A program made the translations under genes and the position numbers. Source: Promethearchaeota archaeon (lineage in GTDB: Archaea; Asgardarchaeota; Lokiarchaeia; Sigyniarchaeales; SOKP01). From it: a stretch of DNA of 64,000 nt. Of the stretch, positions 51,603-61,933 are shown one piece after another. The stretch is taken from the NCBI GenBank assembly GCA_019057865.1, contig JAHLWP010000017.1, positions 16,713 through 80,712 on the forward strand, in the 5' to 3' direction. The notes under the pieces were generated by a model. The model was not told the DNA's origin and made no database searches. It saw only the letters and a list, made by a program, of their open reading frames with translations. Within the stretch, counting starts at the first letter, position 1; each line of letters opens with the position of its first letter.

Positions 51603-54593
51603 TTGAAGAAAAAATTTTTAAAAAAAGTTCTAAATCTCACCTTGACAAGCCTAACATTAGATACAAAAAAAATTGAAAGCCTAATTTTAAAAGGTCTTTA
51701 CGAAAAAGCAGCTGAAGAAATATTTAATTTAATAGATAATTATCAAATTCATCATGATAAAGAACTAATATATAAGAGCCTTAGTTTATTAAACCTAATT
51801 TGTGATAAATCACCTTCTATTTCTTTAAGAGCTGTGAAAAGTATTACAATATTCATTAATGAAATTGATTCTTGGATTCGATTAGTATCTTTAGAAATTT
51901 TATATCAAGTTAGTATGTTTCGACCTAATTTATTAATTGATTTAATTGATAAGATAAGAGCACGTTTATATGATCAAGAACCTTCTGTAAGAAGATTAAC
52001 TGTTAAGATTATTGGCAATTTAATTCTATCGTTACACATAGATTTAGAGCAGATACAAGATATTATTGAAGAATATACTGAAAAATTAATGGATAATGAT
52101 TGGAAAGTAAAATTAAATGTAATTAAAACCATTCAAAAAATCCTAAATCAAGATTACAAAAAAATTAAAGATTTGGAACCATTATTATCGATGGTTATAA
52201 TAAATTTAAGAGATGAAGATGATGATGTAGCAAGAGCTGCTGCTGAGCTATTAAAAATACACGGAACATATTTCCTTTCTAAGGAAAAATTATTTTATCT
52301 TCTTTTAAATCTTCTTTATAATGAAGAAAATAGAGTTAAAGAATTAATTATTTGGTTATTTGGAGAAATTGGAAAAGAAAAGTCCTCTGAAGTTATTTCT
52401 ATTATTCCCAAATTAATAAATCTTTTAAAAGAAGAAGATTATCGTATTGAATTAAAAGTAATTGAAGCCTTAGTCAATATTGCGAAAAATAATTTTGATC
52501 AAATCTGGGCAAATTTAATTCATTCATTACTAGAACCAAGCAATTCTGATTATAGGAATTCATTAATAAACTCAATTTATCATTTGAGTCAAAATAATAT
52601 TACTGTAATTTTTCCATACTTATTTGAGGAATTAGAGAACCCATCTGAGAATGTTAGAGAAGGAATTGCACTAGTGTTTAAACGTTTATTTGAAGAATAT
52701 CAAATCGAAATAGAAAATGAAATAACAAAAATGCTATATAAGTTAGAATCACGTTATTGGAGAGAAAGAGAAAAGACGATAATTTTACTTCAAAATATCT
52801 GTTTCATATTAAAAAGTAAAAAAATTGCTGTATGGGTTACCATTGAATTAGAAAGAGCATTAAAATATGAAAAAGATCCTGAAGTAAAAGATGAAATAAT
52901 TTATGCATTAAAAAATATCAGGAGAAATTTTAGCGACATTGATACAACTATTAAAAAAATCAATGCTGAATTATCATTCTTTCATAGAAAAATTAAGAGC
53001 TTTCAGAGAATTCCAGCTCAATTTAGAGAAAAATTAAATTCTAATATTAATATTTTTAAATTTAACGATACTGAAATTCAGTTAAATAAGAAATACAAAA
53101 AAATTCTAAAGAAAATCAAAAAGTTTCATAAAATAATTAATAAATTTGAATATAAAAGATTAGCTTTTGATTTAATTGAAGAATGGGAAGAAACTAAAGT
53201 TCAAATTATAGAAGAATTAAGTATAATAAAAAGCTTTATATCTGAAATATGTGAGGAAAAGAAGACTGAATTTATTACAGATTTAAAATCAAAAATTAAT
53301 TTGTTAGAAGATCGTATCGTTGTCTTAAAAACACAATTTGATTACATAAAAAATTATGAATTTAGATTAAATTTAGATACTTCAATATCCAGTATTAAAC
53401 TAAGTAATGAAGAAAATGAAAAATTCACATATATAACACAAATAAGAAAAAGTTTATTTAAACTGGACAGTGATATAAGAGAGATTTTAGTAAACAACGT
53501 AGAATTCAACGAAATATTTAAAGATTTATTAAGAAAATGGGTTGAAACAAAAATTGAAATTCAAGAGTATTTAAGCAATCTAGATCGGCAAATTAGACAA
53601 ATGAAAGATAAAATTATAAATTATTTTTTACAAATTGAATCAGTTAGTGATATTGCTGAAGGAGAAAGAATTAATGGAATAAATAGTGAACTAGGGTTTC
53701 AGCTTCTTCAAGGACATATACATTCTATCATTTCTCAAGGAATTGAAGGTTTCAAGAAAATTAATGATAATTTTTCTAAATTAAACTTTAAATTAGAATT
53801 CTTAATTAAAAAAAGTGAATTTTCAGATGCTAAGAAGTTAATTGAGATGAATTCTTCTCAAGTTCAAAATTTCATAGAAGAGAGCGAAAAACAGATCGAA
53901 AATATACTAGATAAGGAAAAAATCTTCGAAGACAATAATGTGTTTAATTTGTACGTTAGACCTTATATCAACAAATTTAATGCTTCAAAAGAATTACTTA
54001 TAAACAGGTTAAAAAATTTTATTGAAAGAAGTAACAAAAAGCTCTACCTAAATCAGATAAAATACTACTTGAAAATTATAAACCCAATGAAATTAGACTT
54101 GCTCTCTTCATATGTAGGATTGGAGATAGAGAAATTAAAAGAATTATTACTAAAATTTATTAATAAAAATAAAATTAATGCAAATATTATAAATGATGAG
54201 CTTTATTCACAACAAATTGGGGCTGATACAGCTTCCTCTATTGAACTTCTCTTTTTTAAAAACATAAAAACTATTGGAAATAAAATTTATTTAAATTTTA
54301 AGTTATCAAATCCTTCAAATTTCGACTTCCAAGATTTGCAAATATCATTGAAGGTTCCTTCTTATATAGATTTCCAGAAAAAAGAAAGTTTTCCTAAATT
54401 TCTCCAACTGAATGAATTAAATCCAGGAAAAGTTTTCAAATTTAATTATGTGTTAAAGGTTGATAGACAAAAAGAACAAAAGAAGAACTTATTCGATCCC
54501 ACTGCTGATGAGATTAAATTGGATTTATACTACAAAGACCAATTTAATATAACACGAAAAACGACAAAAAATATTGATCTTCTATTACATTAA
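51603..54593 (+). CDS. HEAT-repeat protein with coiled coil, PCI-like winged helix and C-terminal beta-sandwich
   Basis: L.D....VR HEAT repeats; LDLLSSYVGLEIEKLKELLLKFINKNKINANI; beta-rich tail with SNPSNFDFQDLQI and LNPG. Confidence 0.8.
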   Translation: MKKKFLKKVLNLTLTSLTLDTKKIESLILKGLYEKAAEEIFNLIDNYQIHHDKELIYKSLSLLNLICDKSPSISLRAVKSITIFINEIDSWIRLVSLEILYQVSMFRPNLLIDLIDKIRARLYDQEPSVRRLTVKIIGNLILSLHIDLEQIQDIIEEYTEKLMDNDWKVKLNVIKTIQKILNQDYKKIKDLEPLLSMVIINLRDEDDDVARAAAELLKIHGTYFLSKEKLFYLLLNLLYNEENRVKELIIWLFGEIGKEKSSEVISIIPKLINLLKEEDYRIELKVIEALVNIAKNNFDQIWANLIHSLLEPSNSDYRNSLINSIYHLSQNNITVIFPYLFEELENPSENVREGIALVFKRLFEEYQIEIENEITKMLYKLESRYWREREKTIILLQNICFILKSKKIAVWVTIELERALKYEKDPEVKDEIIYALKNIRRNFSDIDTTIKKINAELSFFHRKIKSFQRIPAQFREKLNSNINIFKFNDTEIQLNKKYKKILKKIKKFHKIINKFEYKRLAFDLIEEWEETKVQIIEELSIIKSFISEICEEKKTEFITDLKSKINLLEDRIVVLKTQFDYIKNYEFRLNLDTSISSIKLSNEENEKFTYITQIRKSLFKLDSDIREILVNNVEFNEIFKDLLRKWVETKIEIQEYLSNLDRQIRQMKDKIINYFLQIESVSDIAEGERINGINSELGFQLLQGHIHSIISQGIEGFKKINDNFSKLNFKLEFLIKKSEFSDAKKLIEMNSSQVQNFIEESEKQIENILDKEKIFEDNNVFNLYVRPYINKFNASKELLINRLKNFIERSNKKLYLNQIKYYLKIINPMKLDLLSSYVGLEIEKLKELLLKFINKNKINANIINDELYSQQIGADTASSIELLFFKNIKTIGNKIYLNFKLSNPSNFDFQDLQISLKVPSYIDFQKKESFPKFLQLNELNPGKVFKFNYVLKVDRQKEQKKNLFDPTADEIKLDLYYKDQFNITRKTTKNIDLLLH

Positions 54594-54752
54594 TAATTTA
54601 TATCAAATTTATATTAAAATAAAATTATTTTTTACTACTTCTATCAAAGAATTTAATAATTTATTACGAAAATATTAATATATCGTTATTTCTAATTTGT
54701 AATAACTAGATTATGATTTAAAAAATACATAATAACTATCTTGAGGTGAATA

Positions 54753-55778
54753 ATGCAAGAATTAGAGTATACTTTAACTCAACAGGTTAAACTTTTCGGA
54801 TGAAACTGTAAATTAAACGCAAAGAAACTAGAGAGACTTCTTGAAGGAGCTGGTTTAAAAAGAGAAATAGAAGATTCTGCAATTATTCCTGTGCCAAATA
54901 CTGATTTAGTCATGGTAAAAAATATTGACATTTTCACACCAATACTTGATGAGCCTGATATTACGGGAGAAATTGCTGCCGCTAATGTAACTAATGATAT
55001 ATTTGCTCTAAATGTACCAGATATATCAGGAATATTGATTTTTCTGGCGATAAACAAAAAAACTCCCATAGAAATCGCTGAAGGTATATTAAAGGGGATA
55101 AAAAGGTTTATGGTACAAAAATTAAATTCTAAAGTCCTTGGGGGTCATACTATATATACTCAATGGCCATTAATTGGTGGCGAAGCAAGTGGTTTTGTGA
55201 AAAGAGCTTATATTATTAAGAAAAACTATGTAAAAATTGGAGACAAAATAATACTTACAAAACCTATAGGAAATCAATCTGTAATGGCTGCTTACAGATT
55301 ACAAAAAAATAGACCTGATCTCCTAGAACATTATTCTAATAGTGAAGTTGATACCGCAATCGAATTCGCAGTAGAACTAATGATAGAGCCTTTACAAGAT
55401 GTTGTTAAAACGATACATACTTATTCTGATTTCTCATTTGTTCACTCTATGACTGATATAAGCGGATTTGGTTTAGCTGGACACCTAAAAGAGATGCTAC
55501 AAAACTCTCAATTATCAGCAATAATAAAGAAAATTCCTTACATACGATTAGCAAAAGAGTTAGCGTATGATTTTGGCTATAAATTCGATGAGCGCTTAAT
55601 GCCTGAAACTGCTGGGGGAATGCTCCTCTCTGTTGACAATAATTATGCAGAAGAATTTTCTAATAGGCTTATGAGTATTGGAGTAAAAAATTGGATTATT
55701 GGAGAAATCGATAAAATAAAGCCAAAACTCGTTAGAGTTTCTAAAAATGTAGATCATATTGAAATAAAAAAGACTTAA
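54753..55778 (+). CDS. selD: Selenophosphate synthetase, selenoprotein (Sec17 encoded by TGA 54801-54803)
   Basis: GAGGTGA RBS, ATG 54753 in frame: MQELEYTLTQQVKLFG-U-NCK; DIFTP, NDIFA, GGHT, LTKPIG, TDISGFGL, ETAGGML. Confidence 0.93.
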
Positions 55779-55850
55779 CGATGTCAATGATATAAGCTGA
55801 AACACATTATTGTGATTGTTTATTGAGAATTCCGTTGCGAAACGGCATCG
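55779..55850 (+). promoter_or_regulatory. Eukaryote-type SECIS element of selD copy 1
   Basis: ATGA (55787) / TGAG (55824) core, ATAAGC/GTTTAT helix, apical AAA with CAC/GTG mini-stem, CGATG/CATCG closing stem. Confidence 0.88.
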
Positions 55851-56105
55851 ATAAAACTGATTGGTTTTAAATTTTTTCTTTTTTTGTTTTAGGATTTGTT
55901 ATTTGGAATAAATATTATTGAGTTGGATTTCTTATGCATTATATTAGTAATGTAATTCGCTTGTAAGATAGGATTAAATATTGATTTAATTTTATTTATC
56001 GAAAACATCGATATTGAAAATCTAAGATTTTAATAAATAATATAAATTCAAATTATTATTAAAATTCTAATAGGATTAAAAAACCTAGTAAACGTGAGGT
56101 GAAAA

Positions 56106-57134
56106 ATGAAAAAAGAGCCAGAATATAGATTGACAAAGGCAGTTAAAATCTTTGGCTGATCTTGCAAATTGGGTTCTAATGATTTAAAGGATTTACTAGA
56201 GAAAACGGGTTTAAGTGGAGATATTGAAGATGCTGCGATAATACCAGTTCCTAATTCTGATATAGCAATGGTCAAAAATATCGATATTATCACTCCAATT
56301 GTCGATGAACCTGATATTATGGGAGAAATCGCTGCTTGTAACGTCACTAATGATGTATTTGCAATGAATGTTCCTGAAATTTCTGGTATGTTAGTTTTTT
56401 TAGGAATAAACACGAATACACCTATGGAAATTGCTGAAGGAATACTTAAAGGAATAAGCAATTTTATGGAAAAGAAAATAAATTCCAAAGTTGTAGGAGG
56501 TCACACGATATACAGTGAATGGCCCTTAATAGGAGGTACTGCCACCGGATTTGTTGAAAGAAATGCTATTATTCGTAAATATGGAGTAAAGAGAGGAGAT
56601 AATCTTATATTGACAAAACCAATAGGATTACAACCTGTAATGGCTACCTATAGGCTTCTAAAGGATATGCCTGAAATGTTAGAAGGTTATTCTGAGAAAC
56701 AACTTAGGAAATCAATTAAACTTGCTATTAAAATAATGACTATATCAAATAGGAATGTTGTAAAAACTATTCACTCATATAAAGATTTTTCATTTATCCA
56801 TGCGATGACTGATGTGACTGGATTTGGTCTTGCTGGTCATTTATTAGAAATGCTTCAAAATTCTAATTTATCTGCTGTTATTGAAACAATTCCATCAATA
56901 AAACTTTCAGAAAGTTTATCTATTGATTTGGGTTATGCTTTCGATGAATGCAATTGTGCTGAAACTGCGGGTGGTATGCTATTGGCTATTGATCCCCATT
57001 ATACTGAAGAATTTTCTAATACTCTTTCTAGCAATGATATTTCGAATTGGATTGTCGGAAAAATAGATACAGTTGCTCCTGGGCTGGTTAGGGTTTCACA
57101 AAATGTTGAAAATATTGAAATTTCAAAATATTAA
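56106..57134 (+). CDS. selD: Selenophosphate synthetase paralog, selenoprotein (Sec18 encoded by TGA 56157-56159)
   Basis: GAGGTGA RBS, ATG 56106 in frame: MKKEPEYRLTKAVKIFG-U-SCK; NDVFA, GGHT, LTKPIG, TDVTGFGL, ETAGGML. Confidence 0.94.
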
Positions 57135-57207
57135 TGATGTTGATGAAATAAGCTAAAACACAATTTAGTGGCTGCTTATTGAGAGTTCCACGCGCGATGT
57201 GGCATCA
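57135..57207 (+). promoter_or_regulatory. Eukaryote-type SECIS element of selD copy 2
   Basis: ATGA (57143) / TGAG (57180) core, ATAAGC/GCTTAT helix, AAAA + CAC/GTG apex, TGATG/CATCA closing stem. Confidence 0.88.
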
Positions 57208-57219
57208 AATTTAGAATAA

Positions 57220-58011
57220 TTATCTTTCTTTTATTTTTCCTTTAAGTTTTATAGCTATTTCTCTTATTTCATTTAAGACTTTATCAACCAGTACATCTCC
57301 ATTCTCTATATTAAAAGCAGTTATAGAAACCTCAACTTCTACTGATAAACCAATTTTTGGATGTGTTTTAATCCAAAGTTGAGGATATTTATTTTCTAAT
57401 TCACTTGTATAAGCTGCAATCTGACTTTCTCCAATTCCAGAAAAAAGAAAACCTTTTTCTATAAATTTACCTTTCTTCTGTTTTAAAATGGGGGTTATTA
57501 CATTCCTAAACATTGCTTTCATTTCCGCAGGTACGCCAGGCAATATAAAAATAGTTGTATTTCCTTCAATAATCTTAACACCAGGAGCAGTCCCAACAGT
57601 GTTAGGTAAAGGAGTGGATCCTTGAGGGAGATAAGCCATTTTTTCCCTCTCTTTCGTCATCCCTTCAAGTTTTAACAGCCCTTTTTCATAAGCACGCTCA
57701 TAAGTTTTCTTGATAGCTTTATATGCATGTTGGTTCATCTCTAATTCTCTATTTAAACCTTTTGCGATTCCAATTAAAGTCATATCGTCAAAAGTAGGGC
57801 CTATACCTCCTGAAGTTATAATTATATCTGGTTTACGTTTTAGAATGTCTTGTAACGTATTCGAAATAGTATCTACTTCATCCTCTATTGTTGTTATTCT
57901 CTTGACTTTATGACCAAATTTAGTAATCCTTTTCGCCATCCAATTAGAGTTCGTATCTTGAGTTTTTCCGATAAGGATTTCATTTCCAATCATTAGAAGT
58001 TCAATATCCAT
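57220..58011 (-). CDS. CinA-like molybdopterin-binding domain protein
   Basis: IGNEILIGKTQDTNS, SGGIGPTFDDMT, N.VGTAPG, LPGVPAEM, GIGES; GGTGA RBS before ATG 58011. Confidence 0.9.
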   Translation of the reverse strand: MDIELLMIGNEILIGKTQDTNSNWMAKRITKFGHKVKRITTIEDEVDTISNTLQDILKRKPDIIITSGGIGPTFDDMTLIGIAKGLNRELEMNQHAYKAIKKTYERAYEKGLLKLEGMTKEREKMAYLPQGSTPLPNTVGTAPGVKIIEGNTTIFILPGVPAEMKAMFRNVITPILKQKKGKFIEKGFLFSGIGESQIAAYTSELENKYPQLWIKTHPKIGLSVEVEVSITAFNIENGDVLVDKVLNEIREIAIKLKGKIKER

Positions 58012-58160
58012 AAGTTCACCATCACACAAAAATAACAATCTAATTTAGTAAAATTAAATACTCAATTTCAAATTATCATTCTTCTAAGTTTAATTTAAAA
58101 AATTTGATATTCTATAAATCTTTTATACAATTAAATAAAAGATACTGACAGACTTTAGGA

Positions 58161-58721
58161 ATGACATTAATAGAAATTGATGATGCTGGAACTGGTGATT
58201 TAGTAGGAGATGCCTTTATCGGTTTTCTAAGAAAAGAAACTGGGGAAATAATTTTCAAAGCTTTATCTTTTGAATTATTTAAGGGAGATAATTGGAAAAA
58301 CAAACTACCTTTTAAAATTGTAGTTGACTTAGTTAAAGAGGGGCTGAAAGAATTAAAGTTCAATAAAAACAGCGAAATGATAAAAATTTGTAGGGGAAAT
58401 ATTTTTGATCAAGTAAGAGCTTATTTTATAGAAGAGGGAATAAATTATGAAAATTCTATAGTAGAAGGAAAATTACAGGATGCTGTAGAAAATAAATTAA
58501 TTACTCATCTTAGAAATGACTTAGGAGTTAGATCTAGAAATCTAACAGCTAAAAGTGGAGCAAAAAGATTTTTTATTTTATTTAATTGGGTTTGTTATGA
58601 TTTTTTCAATAGAGAAAAATATGTAAAGTCAGGTTTTAAGAAATGGAATACAGTATGGAGAGATCGAGCTATTGAAAAACATAAGAAAATACAGAAATCA
58701 AAAAAAAGTAAAAAATTATAA
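58161..58721 (+). CDS. Uncharacterised RNase H-like protein
   Basis: IEIDDAGTGDLVG resembles the RNase HII GIDEAGRGxxxG motif; ICRG.IFD. Confidence 0.65.
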   Translation: MTLIEIDDAGTGDLVGDAFIGFLRKETGEIIFKALSFELFKGDNWKNKLPFKIVVDLVKEGLKELKFNKNSEMIKICRGNIFDQVRAYFIEEGINYENSIVEGKLQDAVENKLITHLRNDLGVRSRNLTAKSGAKRFFILFNWVCYDFFNREKYVKSGFKKWNTVWRDRAIEKHKKIQKSKKSKKL

Positions 58722-58734
58722 TTTTTCTTATAAG

Positions 58735-58782
58735 ATGAAAATTGTTATATTTGCCCCTCACCCTGATGATGAAATTTATGGT
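58735..58782 (+). pseudogene. 5' stub of a PIG-L family deacetylase gene
   Basis: MKIVIFAPHPDDEIYG (HPDDE motif) runs straight into the convergent gene. Confidence 0.7.
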
Positions 58783-58791
58783 TATTTAATA

Positions 58792-59472
58792 TTACTTTAT
58801 AGTTGTACCACAATCTGGACAAATTTTTGTTTTAGCTGGTAATTCAGCACCGCATGCAAAGCAAATTACTTTATTATTATCTTTAGGTTGTTCAAGTTCA
58901 ATTTTGCCTTGATTTTGAGTTTGGCTATTTTCTCCTTTTTTTGGTGTAAAAATACTCATATCAATATCCTTTTTTAAGACTTTTTTCACATAGTTATTAT
59001 CATGGGGAGTAATTATTTTAAAATCTTCTTTAGGTTGAATTTCCTTAAACCCATTAGGTATATTCTTGAGTTCAGAATCTTCAATAAATTTCACATCTTT
59101 TGATTCAATTTCTTTACTTACTTCCTCGTCATCAGTTAAAAAATCTTCATTAAATGATTCTTTAGAACTTACAGCATCAATTATTTCTTGATCTGGAGTC
59201 TCCTCTACTTTAGGTTCAATCTCTTCACCTGATATATCCTCTATGATTTTTCCTGATTTTAGATTTTTTATGTGTTGAATTAATCCTTCAGTTTTCTTGA
59301 TAAGCATATTTTTAAAAGAAAAATCTAAATTTTGGGATTTTGAAAATCGGAGAGTCATTTCAGATATCTCTACCCATAATTTTATAGCTGCAGTTATCTC
59401 ATTACTTTTTTCAAGACTCTTAGCTATTGCTATTTTAGTACCGAGCTCTTTATTAAATTTCGAAATATCCAT
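58792..59472 (-). CDS. MIT-like helical domain + acidic linker + C-terminal zinc ribbon
   Basis: IAIAKSLEKSNEITAAIKLW three-helix pattern; CFACG...CPDCG. Confidence 0.7.
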   Translation of the reverse strand: MDISKFNKELGTKIAIAKSLEKSNEITAAIKLWVEISEMTLRFSKSQNLDFSFKNMLIKKTEGLIQHIKNLKSGKIIEDISGEEIEPKVEETPDQEIIDAVSSKESFNEDFLTDDEEVSKEIESKDVKFIEDSELKNIPNGFKEIQPKEDFKIITPHDNNYVKKVLKKDIDMSIFTPKKGENSQTQNQGKIELEQPKDNNKVICFACGAELPAKTKICPDCGTTIK

Positions 59473-59630
59473 TATGGAATCTCTCTTTTATTCTATAAAA
59501 TACAAAATTAACAAATAAATTCTTCTTAATAAATCTTTATCTGATTATAATGCAAAAATTCAAATTTAAAATCCCTATTAGATTATTAAGAATACTTTCT
59601 AACTATACTAAAATGTCTATATACTATTAA

Positions 59631-61526
59631 TTGATCATGTCAATAAGGCCATTTTCTTCCAATGAAATACAAAATTTAATGGAATTTATTCAAAAAAATG
59701 GATGGAATATAGAAGGTATTATTGAAAACTTCTTCCGCTACAGTCTAAAGAAAAAGAAATTAGTTTTATTTACTATAAAATTTCCAGTTACTTTACCCTT
59801 AAGGATTAACGTTCCATTTGAAATTGTCAGTTTTCGTGTTTCTCTTGTGTTCCAATTATGGCATTTAAACCAATATATTTATAACACAATTCTTTATTTA
59901 ATGAAGACATTAAGGAATCTAGCTTTATCCTTAACTATGGAACACAAATTTCCAATTGAGGGAAAACAACAACAGGTTATAGATTTGTTAAATTTAATCT
60001 TACCTGAACTAATAAACAATGAAAATGAAAATACATGGGTAAACCGAATTCGGATCTCATTAATGAATAAAAGAGATCAATTAAAAGATTTGAAACCTGA
60101 TAAATATAAGAGCTTAGTTGAAGTTTTAAGAAATTCAGGATTAGAACCTACTTTCAAACAGCCTTGGGAATTAAGAAAGGGGGTTCCTAAAATTAGAACA
60201 TCTGAGACTTTATTTTTTTCAAATGAAGAGGATTTTGATGAATTTTTTATATTGGAAAAGGGATATTATACTTATTTCAAAGATATTGCATATAATAAAT
60301 TCTATATAAGAAGCGCATTTGATAGTTATACCCCTTATATTTTAAATGAATTATTTAATGATATTCCTGATTTCAAATTAGAATTGTTTATAGAAAATTG
60401 GATCAAATTTTCAAGAATAATTCTTAATTCTATATTAGAAATTCTTTCACAGGGAAAAATAAATCAGCAAGAATTTATACAATTCAGGCCTGAGAAAGAA
60501 TTAATTGATAATAAAGAAAGTTTTATTTCAGAACAGAACAATTTTCCATTTTCTGCGTTACGCTATGAAGGCTTTATAGCAAAAGAGGTATTTCCTATTC
60601 ATACTGATTTATTAAATAAACCTCCTACTAATTTTGAAGTAATAGAAACCATGAATCATTATACAGCAGCAGAGGAATTAATAAAAGCCTATCGATTTGA
60701 AGAAGCTGCTAACATTTTCAATGAATCTCTTATAGTTTTTAATAAAAATCAACAAAAAAAGATTGTTGTTTCAATCTTGTTGAAATTAAGAAAAATAGCA
60801 GTTCTATTAGATCAAAGAGACGCAGCTCTCAATTATTTACAAAATGCTCTTGGAGTTGCTAAATCAGGAGAAGTCCCTATAGAATATATAATTAAAATCC
60901 ATTATAAATTAGGAAAAACACATTATAGAAGGAAAGATTTTGAAAAATCTTTAAATCATTTTAAAATTATAATTAATTTCTTGAAAAGCGAAGATGTTAC
61001 TCTAAATAAAGAAGAATATATAGGTATGGCCTATCTTTATATTGGATTAATTAATTCAGAGCAAAATAATATCGTTGAATCCAAAACCAGCTTTAAAAAA
61101 GTAATAGAATTGAGTAATAATTCAAATAAAATTAAATTAAAATATTACCTCCTTCGTGCGATTCAATTAAAGAACAGAGGAAATTTATCTCAAGCTCAAA
61201 AATTATTGAGAGTCGCTATTAACGATGTTGGATTTGATTTTGGTGATGATAGTTATCGGAATATTTTAATGGATCTGATTCTTGAATTAGCTGAATTTTA
61301 TATTCATTATAGAAAAGACTCAAAAAAAGCATTCTATTTATTGAATAAAATGCAGAATCATCTTTCTTTTAAGGAAGTAAACAATATACGTAGGTCAGTT
61401 CGCTGGAACTTGTTAATGAGCGATTATTATAATATTATTGCTAGGGACAGTAAAAATTCTCAATTTTATTTAAAACAGAGCCAGAAACTTAAAGCTCAAT
61501 TAAGAACAATAGGAATATTAGAATAA
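59631..61526 (+). CDS. TPR-repeat protein
   Basis: C-terminal TPR-like repeats (IHYKLGKTHYRRKDFEKSLNHF; AYLYIGLI). Confidence 0.8.
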   Translation: MIMSIRPFSSNEIQNLMEFIQKNGWNIEGIIENFFRYSLKKKKLVLFTIKFPVTLPLRINVPFEIVSFRVSLVFQLWHLNQYIYNTILYLMKTLRNLALSLTMEHKFPIEGKQQQVIDLLNLILPELINNENENTWVNRIRISLMNKRDQLKDLKPDKYKSLVEVLRNSGLEPTFKQPWELRKGVPKIRTSETLFFSNEEDFDEFFILEKGYYTYFKDIAYNKFYIRSAFDSYTPYILNELFNDIPDFKLELFIENWIKFSRIILNSILEILSQGKINQQEFIQFRPEKELIDNKESFISEQNNFPFSALRYEGFIAKEVFPIHTDLLNKPPTNFEVIETMNHYTAAEELIKAYRFEEAANIFNESLIVFNKNQQKKIVVSILLKLRKIAVLLDQRDAALNYLQNALGVAKSGEVPIEYIIKIHYKLGKTHYRRKDFEKSLNHFKIIINFLKSEDVTLNKEEYIGMAYLYIGLINSEQNNIVESKTSFKKVIELSNNSNKIKLKYYLLRAIQLKNRGNLSQAQKLLRVAINDVGFDFGDDSYRNILMDLILELAEFYIHYRKDSKKAFYLLNKMQNHLSFKEVNNIRRSVRWNLLMSDYYNIIARDSKNSQFYLKQSQKLKAQLRTIGILE

Positions 61527-61538
61527 TAAAAAAAGAAA

Positions 61539-61745
61539 TTACTTACGCTTGTAGGAGGCACGTTTTGCGCCAAGACTATCTTGTTGACCCCCAAAACGGC
61601 TATTTATAAATCTATCAACATATAACTCTCTAAATCGCATCCTTGGAGGTTTCTTCTTTTTTGCATTTACTCCTGTTCGCTTAATTTTCGGAGTCTGCAT
61701 TTTAACTTTTCCAGCTTTTGTTAATGAACCATGAGAACCCGGCAT
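61539..61745 (-). CDS. rps30e: Ribosomal protein eS30
   Basis: SHGSLTKAGKVKMQTPKI. Confidence 0.95.
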   Translation of the reverse strand: MPGSHGSLTKAGKVKMQTPKIKRTGVNAKKKKPPRMRFRELYVDRFINSRFGGQQDSLGAKRASYKRK

Positions 61746-61933
61746 TATTATTAAACTCCCTTATTTTAAGTTTTATATGATTTATACTATAATATAATCA
61801 ATTAATTCAAACTCTTAAATTTTGTCATTTTTAATAAAAAATCTAAAGATCGGACTCCAAATTCTTTATTATTTCATCTAAAATTTATTATTTGTAATAA
61901 AATTCTATTTTAAATTAAAAATTGGAAACCTCT

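Noticed and set aside
54891-56169. Track starts 54891 and 56169 for selD, or treating the selD genes as pseudogenes
   Set aside because: Upstream RBS + ATG, a conserved UxxK motif and SECIS elements support recoding
532-59518. Short antisense or overlapping ORFs in the track (e.g. 532, 4230, 5718, 8607, 14295, 41444, 54779, 56048, 59297)
   Set aside because: Shadows of well-supported genes with no motifs of their own
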